A stretch of DNA of 61,998 nt, counting the filler, from Rhabdomonas costata (taxonomy: Eukaryota), in assembly GCA_019059605.1 (NCBI GenBank). It is 23 parts of 23 records of this genome, joined end to end, with 100 filler letters (N's around TTAATTAATTAA, not from the genome) between each part and the next. Parts side by side here need not be neighbours in the genome. Positions count along the whole stretch, not along the records: positions 10,812 to 13,404 come from JAHMHO010002671.1; positions 13,505 to 16,104 come from JAHMHO010002672.1; positions 16,205 to 18,811 come from JAHMHO010002673.1; positions 18,912 to 21,513 come from JAHMHO010002674.1; positions 21,614 to 24,216 come from JAHMHO010002675.1; positions 24,317 to 26,914 come from JAHMHO010002676.1; 17 more parts are not named here. One strand, written 5' to 3'. Both the position numbers and the translations under genes were made by a program. The first letter of the stretch is position 1; every line of letters starts with the position of its first letter. Shown here one piece after another: positions 13,139 through 25,095 of this stretch. The notes under the pieces are model-generated. The model saw only the letters and a program-made list of their open reading frames with translations. It was not told the origin of the DNA and did no database searches.

Positions 13139-13744
13139 TGTGTCTTCTGGTTTTGTTATGTCTGCCCCTAATCTTCCGAGGCCCACAGTGTCATCAAGTC
13201 CTGTGTGACTTCTATATATAATGACGTCTGGTTGCTCCCAAATTGCAATCTGCATGACTTCGAAGGCTGGGGATTCCCTCATTTGTCTGCGGGTCGATAG
13301 TATAGTATCTGCTCTAAGCTGCTGAGGCTTTGATGATGTCAGTTTCTTTGTCCTCATGCACTTTTTCAGGGGCTTCTGGCTCGTGGATTCCCGTACAACA
13401 AAACNNNNNNNNNNNNNNNNNNNNNNNNNNNNNNNNNNNNNNNNNNNNTTAATTAATTAANNNNNNNNNNNNNNNNNNNNNNNNNNNNNNNNNNNNNNNN
13501 NNNNTGTGTGGTGTGTTTGGTGGGTGGGGTCAAATCCTGCGATCTCTCACAATCAGCCAGCTTGCTGCGTGTGTACTCGATCGCTGTGTGTGGTATGCGT
13601 GTGTGGGGGGGCTAGTAGGCGACAGGCAGGCTGAGCGACAATGCTGCTGGAGCATAATGCGCGTGTGGGTCCCAGCCTTGCCCAGCTTTCTGCCAAAATT
13701 AGGATGAGGCGTGCTGATAACGGTGTCTGAGTGAGGGGGGGGAC

Positions 13745-15770
13745 CTCATCGATGCACATTCGGTGGCGCTTGAACCAGTGCAGCGCAAAAAACATCCCCA
13801 CTGGCTTTGCCACAGCAGTGTCCTCCAGAAGGGCGTCAACGTGCTGCGCGGGGAGGTATTGCACCTGAGGTGGAGAGCGAGTCGAAATGTGTCGACCCCC
13901 CCCCCTATGCAAATGTCTTGCCCAATGGGGCTGTTGTATTTTTGTTGGGGGGGGGGGGCAGGGGAGGGGGTTAACATCTTGAAACATTTACCTAACCCCC
14001 TTTGTGAAAAATAACATCATCTGGTAGTTACAAGCAAACTTTTCCCAATCCCCCGGTCCGGAAAAAAAAACTTCACCGAAAAACGAACAACTTTGGTGTG
14101 CAACGAATTAAACAATTAACGAAGCTAAACATCGCACATGCCCCCCCCCCTTCCGTCCGCTCGGCCGCGCTGCGGGCCAGCTTCTGCCGACAAATGCTGT
14201 CCCAATCGATCCATGAAGTCCAAAACGCTTTACACCGTCCGCTAAACGTTTAACGCACCCCCTCCCCCAATACAATTGTCCCAAATGTGGAGCAAGTGGA
14301 GCCATTGGAGAGGTATGGGTATTGTGACCGGGCAAAAGGTACAGAGGGAGTCACCTCAACCGTCCACGATATACTCCCGCGAAGAGATGAAAGCGTGCCA
14401 GCAGCGCAAAAGCAAACTCGACCTGGTGTGACTGTCCTGAGTTTCGCACTGTTCTCCCATTTCCTGCATGCACAGATCTTCAGTGGCAGTTCCTTGCGAA
14501 TCAGAAAAAGGACGTACAGGGAGGAACAAATGGACAAAGCGCGGGACCTGGATCATTTCTGCTTCGGCGTTGACCCCTCCGCCCTCGCTGACCTTCATCT
14601 CGTCAGTGACCTCGGCGTAGAACAGGTGGAACCGCGAGCCCCACAGGGAGACGTTGTCCCGCAGCACTTCCACTCTGAGGATCCGCTCCAGGGGCACCGC
14701 AAACCCGCACTCTTCCTCAATCTGCCGGGTCGCCCCACAGGGGGGAGAGTGAGGGAGAGTGGTAAGTGGTGAGTGGTGAGTGGTGCTAAGATGAGGAAAA
14801 GGAGCCGCACATGACAAATCAAAAGGCCTTCGGGGAAAAGCTGAGAACACGCACTCTCAGGCTTTTCGAGTGCATTTCCGATAAAGTGGGGGTGAGGGGG
14901 TGTTTGGGTGGCACCTCCCGCTGCATTACTTCCGCGGGCGAGAGCCCGGGCTTGTCCATCAGTCCCGCGCACAGCTCAAAGGTGTACGCCGTCTCCGCGG
15001 CAGGCCGCGACACCAGTCCACTGGAGCACAACTCACTGTAGTACACCGCTACAGGGAAATGAGGAGTGGGTGGTGGTGGAATGAGATTGGTTGGAAATTG
15101 GAGGCGGAAAAGGTGAAAAAAAAAGAGGTTAAAAAACCGGAAAAAAAAAGGAAAACATGAAAGCACGACGTAAGCGGGGTTTCACTGCACATTTGATTAT
15201 ACGATTGCGGCACTTGAAATTTTTTATACAAAAATCACTCAAGGCCCACCAAGTTGCAAGAGGAGAGGCATGGTAAGGGATGTTTGACATGGCGGGGCAC
15301 CAAATAAAGAAAAAAATCGTTGCCCCCTCAGCCTGGTGGTAACGGAGAAGCTAATGTGCCCTCCTCACCCTACCAAAGTTTAGAACGAAGATTACCTTTT
15401 CATCAGAGATCTTCTGGCACGGTCTGGTGCTTGAAAAATTCCGGGGGAGAACCACCACCAGTCACCCCGCTCTCCCCTCCCCACTCTATGTGTGGACCAG
15501 AGCACAGGGGGTGCCGGAAGGGCGGGCGGGTTGCAGACCGGGACGGAACTGCCGGACAAACACCAGGGCGTCTAGCTCCACATGGTAGAGAATGCACCCT
15601 ACGGCATCGACCCTCTCCACGACATCCCACTGCCTGCAAGAAGAGAGCAACGAGGTGCTCTCCTCTCCTCTCTCAAGCCGGTTTGAACTAATTTGCGGAC
15701 GCAATGCCTAATCTGGTCATCTCTGAAAATGCTGGGGCCCTTACGCGCAGGCGATACCAAGGTGCCGGTG
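13745..15770 (-). CDS. NUDT14: Nudix hydrolase, UDP-/ADP-sugar pyrophosphatase NUDT14-like (exons 15633-15539, 15048-14915, 14721-14548, 13864-13745; possible upstream exon ~15774-15745)
   Basis: Phase-consistent GT-AG splicing gives QWDVVERVDAVGCILYH...LVFVRQFRPAVY...TFELCAGLMDKPGLSPAEVMQREIEEECGF (Nudix box)...LFYAEVTDEMKVSEGGG..EAEMIQVQYLP...KPVGMFFALHWF, collinear with NUDT14/NudK. Confidence 0.85.
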
Positions 15771-16204
15771 TGCACTTGACGTTTAGGGCGGATTTCCTCC
15801 AAATGAACCATACATTAAAAAGTCAAGAAATAGACCCCTCCAGGACAATTCCTGCCGTCCGCCCAACCACCCCTTCCGCTGCGCGGCTCTCGAAATGAAT
15901 AAATCGAAATTCCCTTCCTGTCCAAACATTGGCCAAACATAACAATTTTGAGGGACTAATCAAAAGTTTTTATCGAGGAAGCACTGACACTCATTCATAG
16001 GACTACATTTAAGTTAGTTTTAGGTAACCGCAGGGGTGACGCACTCGGAATTGTGTGGATGCACACACATACCAAAGGGTGGCAAAGGGCGCACCCCCCC
16101 ACCANNNNNNNNNNNNNNNNNNNNNNNNNNNNNNNNNNNNNNNNNNNNTTAATTAATTAANNNNNNNNNNNNNNNNNNNNNNNNNNNNNNNNNNNNNNNN
16201 NNNN

Positions 16205-16234
16205 GGTTAGGGTTAGGGTTAGGGTTAGGGTTAG
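16205..16234 (+). repeat. Telomere-type (TTAGGG)n array, 5 units, at contig start
   Basis: ggttag x5 immediately after the linker. Confidence 0.85.
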
Positions 16235-17249
16235 CGGTGGAGAGTGGTGACGGTTGGCAATGGCAACAGAATGTTGCGCGAAAAAAATCTGTGTACTGCG
16301 GTGATATGGTATGGTAGCGACCAGCGGTAACGGTTACAAAAGAGAACGGTTGCGGGTTGTGGTGGTTATCAATGGGTAAAATTGCTACCCCCTCCCCCCC
16401 ACAAACACACGACTTGCCAGCAAGGTGACAGGCGGCAACGTACCACCCCAACACTTACAGAGAACGGGAACGGGCATGAAGAGGGGGGGGGCAATCCCAA
16501 CGATTACTTGACGTGGGAGTGGGGTGGAGGAGGTAATCTGAGTGACAGGAGGGTAAAAGAAAATGGTGCGCAATGAGGCATCAAACAAAGGAATTCTGAA
16601 ACTAAATCCCTCTGGACCCCTCAGAAGACCCCGCGAACAGAAGGATTACATTTTATCGGATGATGTCGACCACCGTTTCCACCCGCTCTCCAGCTTCTGC
16701 GTTTCTTTTTTCCGTCTTAACCGTATGGCAAAGAATTCTCTCCCTCTCTCTTTCTCGGTGACCAGCGCACGCTCGTACCAAGTCCCATGGGCGGCCCTGC
16801 TGAGAGGACAGGAGCACAGTAGAGGCCGAGCCCACCGTGGAGACCACCCCCGCAGGTTGACCCCGCGCCGCGCTGCCAACAGAAAACCCAAGAAACCACT
16901 GAACCTCCACAGGGCACACCTTGGGGAGGGCAGAGAAAGGGGAACGAGCGATTGCAGAAAGAGGGAACCCAAAATACGAAGGGGTTGGAACCAAATCAGA
17001 GCAGAGAGCGGTGGGGTTGTTTGCCCCTGGCAACAACGCCTCACCAGAAAACCTGAAACCATAAGGAAGAGTTCCTGAACGGATTTCTGGAGATTTTCTG
17101 ACACCCTGAATACTTGTAGTACGCTAACCCAAAGCCTCAAGGCGGGGCAGAGGAAAGCCGGCGGGAAACCACTACTGAAAACCATTCAAAATCGCAGGAA
17201 AATCATTCGAAACCACGCTCCCTTTCTCTACAGTTTAGTACCCCACTCC

Positions 17250-18375
17250 ATCTTCTTCATTGCCTGCTGGAACTCGGCTGAGTAAAAACCGAACGCAAGG
17301 TGGGGCTGGACTCCCCACCTCAGGGCAATCTGCTGCAGAACCCCTCGCAAATCGTCCATGGTGTAGTTCACAGGGAAGGTGGAGGAGGAAGCACCCGAGG
17401 CTGGGTCTGAGGCAGAAGGAAGGGCATCCGCAAGGGTACCTACTACCCGCACCAAGGGGTCCGCCGCGGAGGCCGTGAGGGTTTCCCCAGAGGCGTTCAG
17501 AAGGATCTGCACTGTTGCCAGAGCGAGGCCCTGAGCCCCCCCCCAAAAAAAAATAAAAGACGAACAGGCGAGAGCTCAGTGAGCGAGTGTGAGAAAGAGA
17601 TGGGGCTTGAGACAGGGGCCCAGCCGCACTTCAGCGGTGCAAGAAGGGCTTGCGACTGTTAGGAGATGGCCACTCTCCGACGGGGAATTTTTGTATTTGC
17701 GGGGGAGGGGGCGTATTAAGAGAGAAAAGCGGCAGAAGTGGAGTGGGTGTGTCAAATGAAAACACAACATCGAGTTTCTTTCGCGCATTTTAATACATTA
17801 GCCTGGGACATGTGGGACAGTCGGAGGGTCCTTTGAGTTGTCTGAGCAGGCAACTCAAGTCTGACAACAGTGAGAACTATGGGAACCTCGGTGCAAGCAC
17901 CCAGGCTGCGTGCCTTATGTTAAGCACAGCTTTTCTTTCCATCATCGCTTTCCTTCACGCGTGTATAGGTGTGTGCAGGGCGCATGGGCTGTTGTCTGAA
18001 TGACTGCTGGTGATCGCTTTGGACTGACGGGCGCACGCGTTGTTGGTGCTCGAGGGGTACCTACTCACCACCACGTTCAAAACGCTGCGTGGCCGGTCCT
18101 TGGAGTCAGCGTTTCCTGACCTTTCACCCTCAGCCGGTGGTGGTGCCCCTTGGCGGCTCTAACCCTTTGTGCGAGGGTTTATCGACGGCACCCACAAGGC
18201 ATGTACAACAAAACCCACACCCCTCCCCGCCTCTCCATACCAGCTGTGCGGTCTCCAGACTGGGCACTAAGGCCTCCAAGGCCTGCGCCCTTTGGGGCAG
18301 CTCCTCTTCCACATTGCTCATGGGAGATTCCAGGAAGTCCACAGTGGCGCTCACCACGGCTGGAGGCAGCGCCGC
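17250..18375 (-). CDS. Internal exons of unknown helical protein (18375-18241, ~17512-17250)
   Basis: cag|AALPPAVVSATVDFLESPMSNVEEELPQRAQALEALVPSLETAQL|gtatg and VQILLNASGE...DDLRGVLQQIALRWGVQPHLAFGFYSAEFQQAMKKM. Confidence 0.55.
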
Positions 18376-19582
18376 CTGTGAGCATATATCCACAGCACAG
18401 ACGAAACCGAGTTACTCCACAACCCTGGAGGCCCTGCAATGTCGGAAAGGAGACACAAGAACGGGGGACGACAGAGAAAGGAGGCAGAAGGCGGTGAGGA
18501 ACTTCCAGAAAGCTTGTTGAAAACGCCTTAACAGCAGACAACATCGTAAACCTAGAACTTGGGGTTCATCAGTGGTTGAGAGTCCCCGGGGAAAAGCTCC
18601 TCTTCGGAGTTAGTTGGACAAGCTTGACTTTCGCCAGAACGACATGTCATGCTGAGAAATAGTAGGCTACGCTAGATATCTTTCTTGGTTTGGGGTTGCT
18701 CCTACCTTAATCATTACAGGTCCATGACCATGGCCACGTTTCTGCCCCAGCAGCCCGCACGTTGGATTGTCCTTCACATCGAAATTTAATACGTCTTTAA
18801 TACCCCTCACGNNNNNNNNNNNNNNNNNNNNNNNNNNNNNNNNNNNNNNNNNNNNTTAATTAATTAANNNNNNNNNNNNNNNNNNNNNNNNNNNNNNNNN
18901 NNNNNNNNNNNAGGAATGGCCTTGCTATGTTTGCATTTTTTTTCTCCCTTCGTTGCGATTTTTTTGCATGCGCATTCTCATCGCTTGTCTCATGCGTTCC
19001 CCTGTGTGTGTGTGTGTGTTTGTACGGCGCGGCCAGTATCCCTCTTTCTCTCCTCTTTACTGTATGCTTTTCATTCCTTGTTTCGAAGAAGCTTTCCCAC
19101 TGCTCCCCAGTGGTTCCACGCACAGTTTTACGGCTGACAGCTCTTGTGTGTGTGATTATGTCAAACTTAAGGAATGGCTTGATCTGACATATACCAAAGG
19201 GTATGTACATGTACAAAAGGGTGACACGTGAAGCGATCATCCGATCATGGCATTGGCAAAACTTTGGTTTTACGAGCCCAGTGTATTTGAAATGATCAGC
19301 TGTTGTATGCATACGCTTTTCTAGAACCATTTCTTTTTGGGAACTACAGACAAGGCCAGCAGCTCCCTTCCATGGGTGTCCTCCCAAAGCCGTGATCATT
19401 TCAACAAATAATGCCATCAGGCTGCCACTCTATTCCCCGTCACCCCCGAACGTCAGGGATGATTAGTGTTATGGGATAGGTTCAGGGGTTAGGGTCGGTG
19501 ATTAGGGTTGACGGTGAGAAACAGGAAACAGGAAACAGGAAATGCTTGCAGTATTGCACTCGCCACATAAGTGACCACTCAC

Positions 19583-20600
19583 CAGTGGTGTCCCAGTTAA
19601 ATTGGAGCAATTTTTGTTTGAATAACTTTAAGATAAAGGTGGTTGGGATGTTATGTTGGGTTTGCGTCGTGGTTGGTTCCCCATTTTATTGGTGAGGGTG
19701 AGGGTTACTGGGCTGAGTCTCCTTCTTTTTACAGATCTTGTCTTTTTTTTTCTTCCAAAAACCTATAACAAACCTATAACTGTTTTGCACATTGCGTGGG
19801 ACCGTGGAAGAGAGAGCACATGCGGTAGAGGTCTATCAACGCTGCGGCTCAGCAGAAGGAGCGTTCCGAGCCCTCAGGAGAGAATGGGGGGCGGGAGCTG
19901 GTGCCGGCCCGCCAGACGCTTGGAAGGTGGGTCAGTGCCTTCCAACGCGTAGTGAGTGTACCTGCGGCCCCGCGACCGTCTTTGCCCAACCGGTGTGCAC
20001 AGCCGGTAGACAATCAGCGCACGGTGATAGCGGGCTGCAAGAAAAACGTAAAGAAAATGCAAAAAAAAAACAAGTGTTGCGAAAAAAAGACTTGTTTACA
20101 AATTACGAGATAAAGGGGGTGGGATTGGAATGGTTTGATGGTTGTAGTTGGATTTCGGTGGTGAGTTATTTCTCGAAGGCTATCATTTATTTATGTTTGG
20201 TCCCTCTCTTTCCATTTCAGATTCGACTTTATCATTCAAAACAAACTTCAAGAAAAAAGAATGCAGAACAACTTGCAGAATATACCAGAGATGAAATTTC
20301 GTGAAAGAGGGCCTACCCGGTTTTTCAGTTAGCAGTTAGCAGTTACCATCCGCGGCGGGAGACCCGACTCCTTTTGCTTCCTTCCTTTTGCTACGGAACA
20401 TAAGGATACCTATCGTTTTTACGCTGTTGCGAGTTGTAGAAGATCAAGGCTGCTGTGAGAGATGAAGCTGCACTCCCACTTCTGGACCCCCTCCCCTTCC
20501 CGCTCCATGGAAGCAAACATAGCATACGCTTGCGGACACGCGCCAGCACACACTGCCCGGACGGAACTCTCACGTCCACATGCAACAAGAAACTGGAGTG
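19583..20600 (+). mobile_element. Decayed Tc1/mariner-superfamily DNA transposon (DUF4817-like HTH relic plus DDE fragment)
   Basis: RGTVEERAHAVEVYQRCGSAEGAFRALRREWG (19795) shifts frame into PARQTLGRWVSAFQRVVSVPAAPRP (19904), resembling the P...TI.RWV.KF..TGSV HTH consensus. GHAPAHTART (~20534) resembles DGAPAHTA. A TIR-like cagtggtgtcccagttaaattgg lies at 19583. Confidence 0.6.
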
Positions 20601-21809
20601 ATTCCTGTATCGGGCATCTGCACTCCTCTTCTACAATCCTTGATAAGAACAGGGGTGTTTGATTTACATGGAGGTGGGGAGGAACATAGAGGTTCTCCAT
20701 AGCGAGGCCTCTTTTGGTCTTGAGCCAAACCCACGGAAATCAGAGTCGAGTTTGAAGTAAATAGGGTTTTCCATCCTGCGAATTGTGTTTGTGATCGTCC
20801 TGTCACCGTGTGCGCGCTTCCTCTATGCTGCATTCGTCACGGGTTTCCACCTCTCTCTGAGGTGGGGCGATGGCGGACGTAAGGTTCTGTTTCTGTCGTG
20901 CGATCTCCAATCTGAAACCTTCACCACACGTTCTTTTTCAAGTTTGCCCCACCATCACCTTGGTCACCAGTGCCCCATACAAGGAAAGCACGCATGTTAT
21001 CGTGGGCTTGACCATACTCGTAGCCAACCCGGATCCTTTTGGTGTACTCAACGTGGCATCCTCAAAATTGGCTTGGGAGTTTTTCTGGGCTCCTGGGAGA
21101 GCAGAAAGACAGTGCCACTAGGTTTCTCCGCATTCTGCACACACCGCTTCCACCCCCACCACAGCAAAGCCCGAGTATATTATGGATCCCGATTATGGAT
21201 CATGGCAATGTGTGAACCCCGAATCTGATTTTCATGCCAACGCTCTTTTAAGTGAGCTGTTGAAACACTGAACCGGGTTCGAAAACTCGCTCTGGTCTGT
21301 CCTGTTTTGCGCGTTGTACACTCCACGACACGGACAGTATTAAATCAACCTGGGGCGGGGTACCGACTTTCGTGTACCGTCGTTTGAGGCAAGGCGAGTG
21401 GATGCCCAAACGCCTGGGGTGTGAACGAGCGTTTTCTCCTGTCTGAAGCCCATTGTGACAAAAGTGTAAGTAAAAACTTTTTAGCCTCTCGGAGGATACA
21501 CCACCCCACCCCCNNNNNNNNNNNNNNNNNNNNNNNNNNNNNNNNNNNNNNNNNNNNTTAATTAATTAANNNNNNNNNNNNNNNNNNNNNNNNNNNNNNN
21601 NNNNNNNNNNNNNTCCAGCCCCATAACAGCGTACTTCCTACTGCCTGCTATGTCCTACTACTGCTGTGGTTACCAACGCTTACCACTACAGGTTGGGTCT
21701 TACCGTACCATGCGCTACCATGGTGGGTGTGGAACCACTAGTTAACTGACGACGTTACTGTTGCCGAATTCCTTCATCTCACCATCTCAGCTTGGATATC
21801 CCGAGGGAC

Positions 21810-22260
21810 ATCAAGGAACCCGAACCCGAAGACAAAGGCCGAACCCGAAGGCAGAAACCCGAACCCAGAACTCCGACTCCATGAAATCCTCAACTCGGGG
21901 ACACTAAGGCAAACGCATGAACCCAGAACCCGAAATCCTGACCCCAGAACCCAAACCCCAAAACCCAGACCACGAATTCCAACGCCAGGGGTGCAGGTAG
22001 AGGTGCACCTACCTGGACCAAGGACCTCCACACCCTAGGTGTCAGGGGTGGTGATGCTGGGGGTGCAGGAAAGATGGGATGGGGGTGCACCACACCTGGA
22101 CCAAGGACCTCCACTACCCCCCTAGGACCCTACCGGTGGCCGCAAGGGGTGGGAAGAGATGGATCCCCTGGGGTAAGGGCAGATGTTGATGGTCGATGCC
22201 ACGCATCTCCCTACATGTTGAACCCCGAAGACCGAACCCGAACCCCAACGTCCCGCCGTA
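21810..22260 (+). repeat. Low-complexity degenerate AACCCN/GAACCC hexamer array with an internal duplicated cacct...ggaccaaggacctccac block
   Basis: Repeated gaacccgaa/aacccag/aaaccc units. acctggaccaaggacctccac occurs at ~22011 and ~22094. Confidence 0.6.
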
Positions 22261-23997
22261 CCTGGGTATACGACCAATGCGGTCTTCTTGAAAAGACCAT
22301 CAGAAAAGACAGAGACAGAAAAGACAGAGAAAAGACCATCACCTGTGAAGTCACCTGTCACATAGCGCTTGAATCCGCCAAGCAGAACAAGAGAATTCCG
22401 CAAAATTCCCGTAATAGGTGGCCAAAGGCCAAAATCAACATAAAAGCTCAAGCGCGCATTTGGTCCGGGAATAGACACCAGGAACGTAAGAAGATGCTGC
22501 GCGCGGGGGCCGCCACCGTCACAACAACCCCCACGGGGCACACGACAGCACCATTTGATCAACACCGCTTTGCGGTGCCCATGTAAATTGACGCCTTCTG
22601 GGTGGGTTGTGCCATTTTTTGAGGCCTTTGAGCAAGTGGATTGCAACGTTTCTTGCTCGTCGTGTTGGGTGTGCCTATGTTTTAGCGCGTGCGTCTGTCT
22701 CCTTGTCTCTGTTTTTCAAAAAGCTTTAATAGAAGGGCAGGAGTTTAGGGCATACGAAAAATATAGTGGAGAATGCAAAAATCGATCGGCGCCCGGTCTT
22801 TGAGAGCTCACGGATTTTCGAAAAGAACCACTAAATGTTTACTGGGTTGGCCGTCCAGCCTTAAACGCCCACGGATACCCGCGCTCAAACCTTGCAGCGG
22901 GATATGGGCATGGGAATCATCCCGTCCGCCCGGGGCCCAACAGATCACCCTTCCGATCCGTGCGTTTATTTTTGTTCTTTTTACCCCGTTGGATTTGGCA
23001 AGAAGGATCATTGAACTTGTTTGGCCGACAGATTGTGCAATTTTGGTTTTGTTCTTGAACAAATGTTGTCGTACGGGCTTTCCTTGAATTTTTGGGTGTT
23101 GAGCAATAAAATCCCCAGCCCCGCGGAAAACACGGTCCCAATATCACCGCACACAGCCCAGGATCAGGGTGCAAAGTCATGTCTGCACATACGCCAGGAA
23201 ATCTCCCACGAAATCTGCGGCTTGCATAATAGCTAAACCGGGAGACAAGATGAGTGGTGGGGAGGCAAAGCACGAATGGAACAGCGCATGCCCCCAAGTT
23301 CGGGGGGGGGGGCGTGCATCGGGGCTTTGAGAATGCGGGCTTCAGTCAGAGGTAGGAAAAAATGGTCTGGGGGTTTCTTGGCGCCCCAGCAAAGACATAC
23401 CTACAGATCACATACGCACGAGCAGAGCAAAAAGGCTCTGAATGTTCACAAACCCAAGTTTGCGAAACAACAAAAGTGTTGCACAGCACGTGGCTCTCTC
23501 TGTGAGTGTGGGTAACTAAAAACGAACTTTGCAGCCAGCTGAACGCCACCCAAGGAGATTGCAAAACACAATGCTGTGCCAACATGCACTTTGCGCGGGC
23601 ATATAAAAAGGGGGTCACTGCGCGCGCTGGTGTGCGTTTGTGTGTGTGCGTGCACATTAAAAATGCTCTGCAGCAGAAGAGCCACCTAAAGCCGCACATG
23701 AACCGAATATCACGAATTGGCGGAGGAGAGGACAGGGGCACTGTAACCCTGAAACGAGGGGGGGGGGAGAAAAGAGTTTACTAAAAGAAGCATATGAGGG
23801 CGCACACAAACGAAAAGCAACGAAAAGAAACAAAACAAAAGCATCCTCACATCTTCATATCCGCACTTCTCTCACGCAAAAAAGCTGCGCAGTAAGTGTG
23901 AGAGAGCGTGCGTGCGCCGGCATGTGACGGATATTTTGGGCACCATCACACACGGCGGCACACACATGCCAACGCCTCCAGGCACATTACGCAATGA

Positions 23998-24216
23998 TTA
24001 GGGCGGCACTGCCGTCACAGTGCGTGTGGCGGAGCGAGCAAATGATGGCTCCATGTACAGCACAGTTTCCGTGTGCATCCGCAGCACCCCGTCCACGGAT
24101 AGGGGGATCTTTCCCCTATCCCCGCCGCCGCCTCCCCCGCCACTGCACTGCTCCAGCAGCACCCGAGAGGGCCCGTCGGTAGGCACCCGCTGGCAGGCCT
24201 CCGCAAAGTGCGCCCG
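23998..24216 (-). CDS. Probable terminal exon of an unknown protein
   Basis: Open frame from the contig end: ...PTDGPSRVLLEQCSGGGGGGGDRGKIPLSVDGVLRMHTETVLYMEPSFARSATRTVTAVPP-stop. Confidence 0.35.
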   Translation of the reverse strand, partial: RAHFAEACQRVPTDGPSRVLLEQCSGGGGGGGDRGKIPLSVDGVLRMHTETVLYMEPSFARSATRTVTAVPP

Positions 24217-25095
24217 NNNNNNNNNNNNNNNNNNNNNNNNNNNNNNNNNNNNNNNNNNNNTTAATTAATTAANNNNNNNNNNNNNNNNNNNNNNNNNNNN
24301 NNNNNNNNNNNNNNNNGGGGGGCACTACGCTTGGAAACGGTGTCACGGTTACCGGAATTCCCATTTGTGCACAGCCTGATTTTCTGATTTTACTTCCAGA
24401 TATATCTTGTCTTACTCCATACATCTTTTATAGCGTACACTTTGCAAAACTGTGCCTTTGGATGGATAAACAACAGGATTATCACAATTCCCTCCCAAAT
24501 ACTAAATGGTACATTTTCTGTCAGTCAATCTGGGAATGGTTAGATTGGGTTTTTTTAGGATTCTGAATTGATTGAACTTTCAAAAGTGCAAGCGTGTAAG
24601 TTTGGATGGTTTGTGCGAGTGTGCGTTGTCAAGTAGAAACAGATCACAATACACTCGGGGGGGGGGGCTGTGTTCTGGGCTATTGTACTTGAAGACACTC
24701 TCTTTTGCCAAACTTTCTAGGGTTGGACTTTCTTAGGTTGTTGGTTGGTATTATATATTCCCAATCTTGTCTCTCGACTAATGCATCGACAACTGATTTG
24801 AAACGAAATCTTCTTCACATTTCTCCCTTATTGATGTGTCTAAAGGGCAATTCCTGTTCTATCATGACTGCAATTTTATTGCATTTGCGGAAGACCCCAT
24901 CTCACTGTAAAACATTCTGCCCCCCCCCCCCCCTCCATTTTCATTAACATTATTACATTCAACTCGCCTTCTCCGCTTCTAGGCCACTGACACAGCGCCG
25001 GTCGGCATTTTCCGTGCGGAAAAGCCGACCAGCGCTCTTCATGGACGTTCTCAATTTATTTCAGCTTCACCCTTTCCCAATTGTTGCACCGCAAA

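Noticed and set aside
16205..16234. True chromosome end
   Set aside because: Wrong strand orientation for a left telomere, and only five units.
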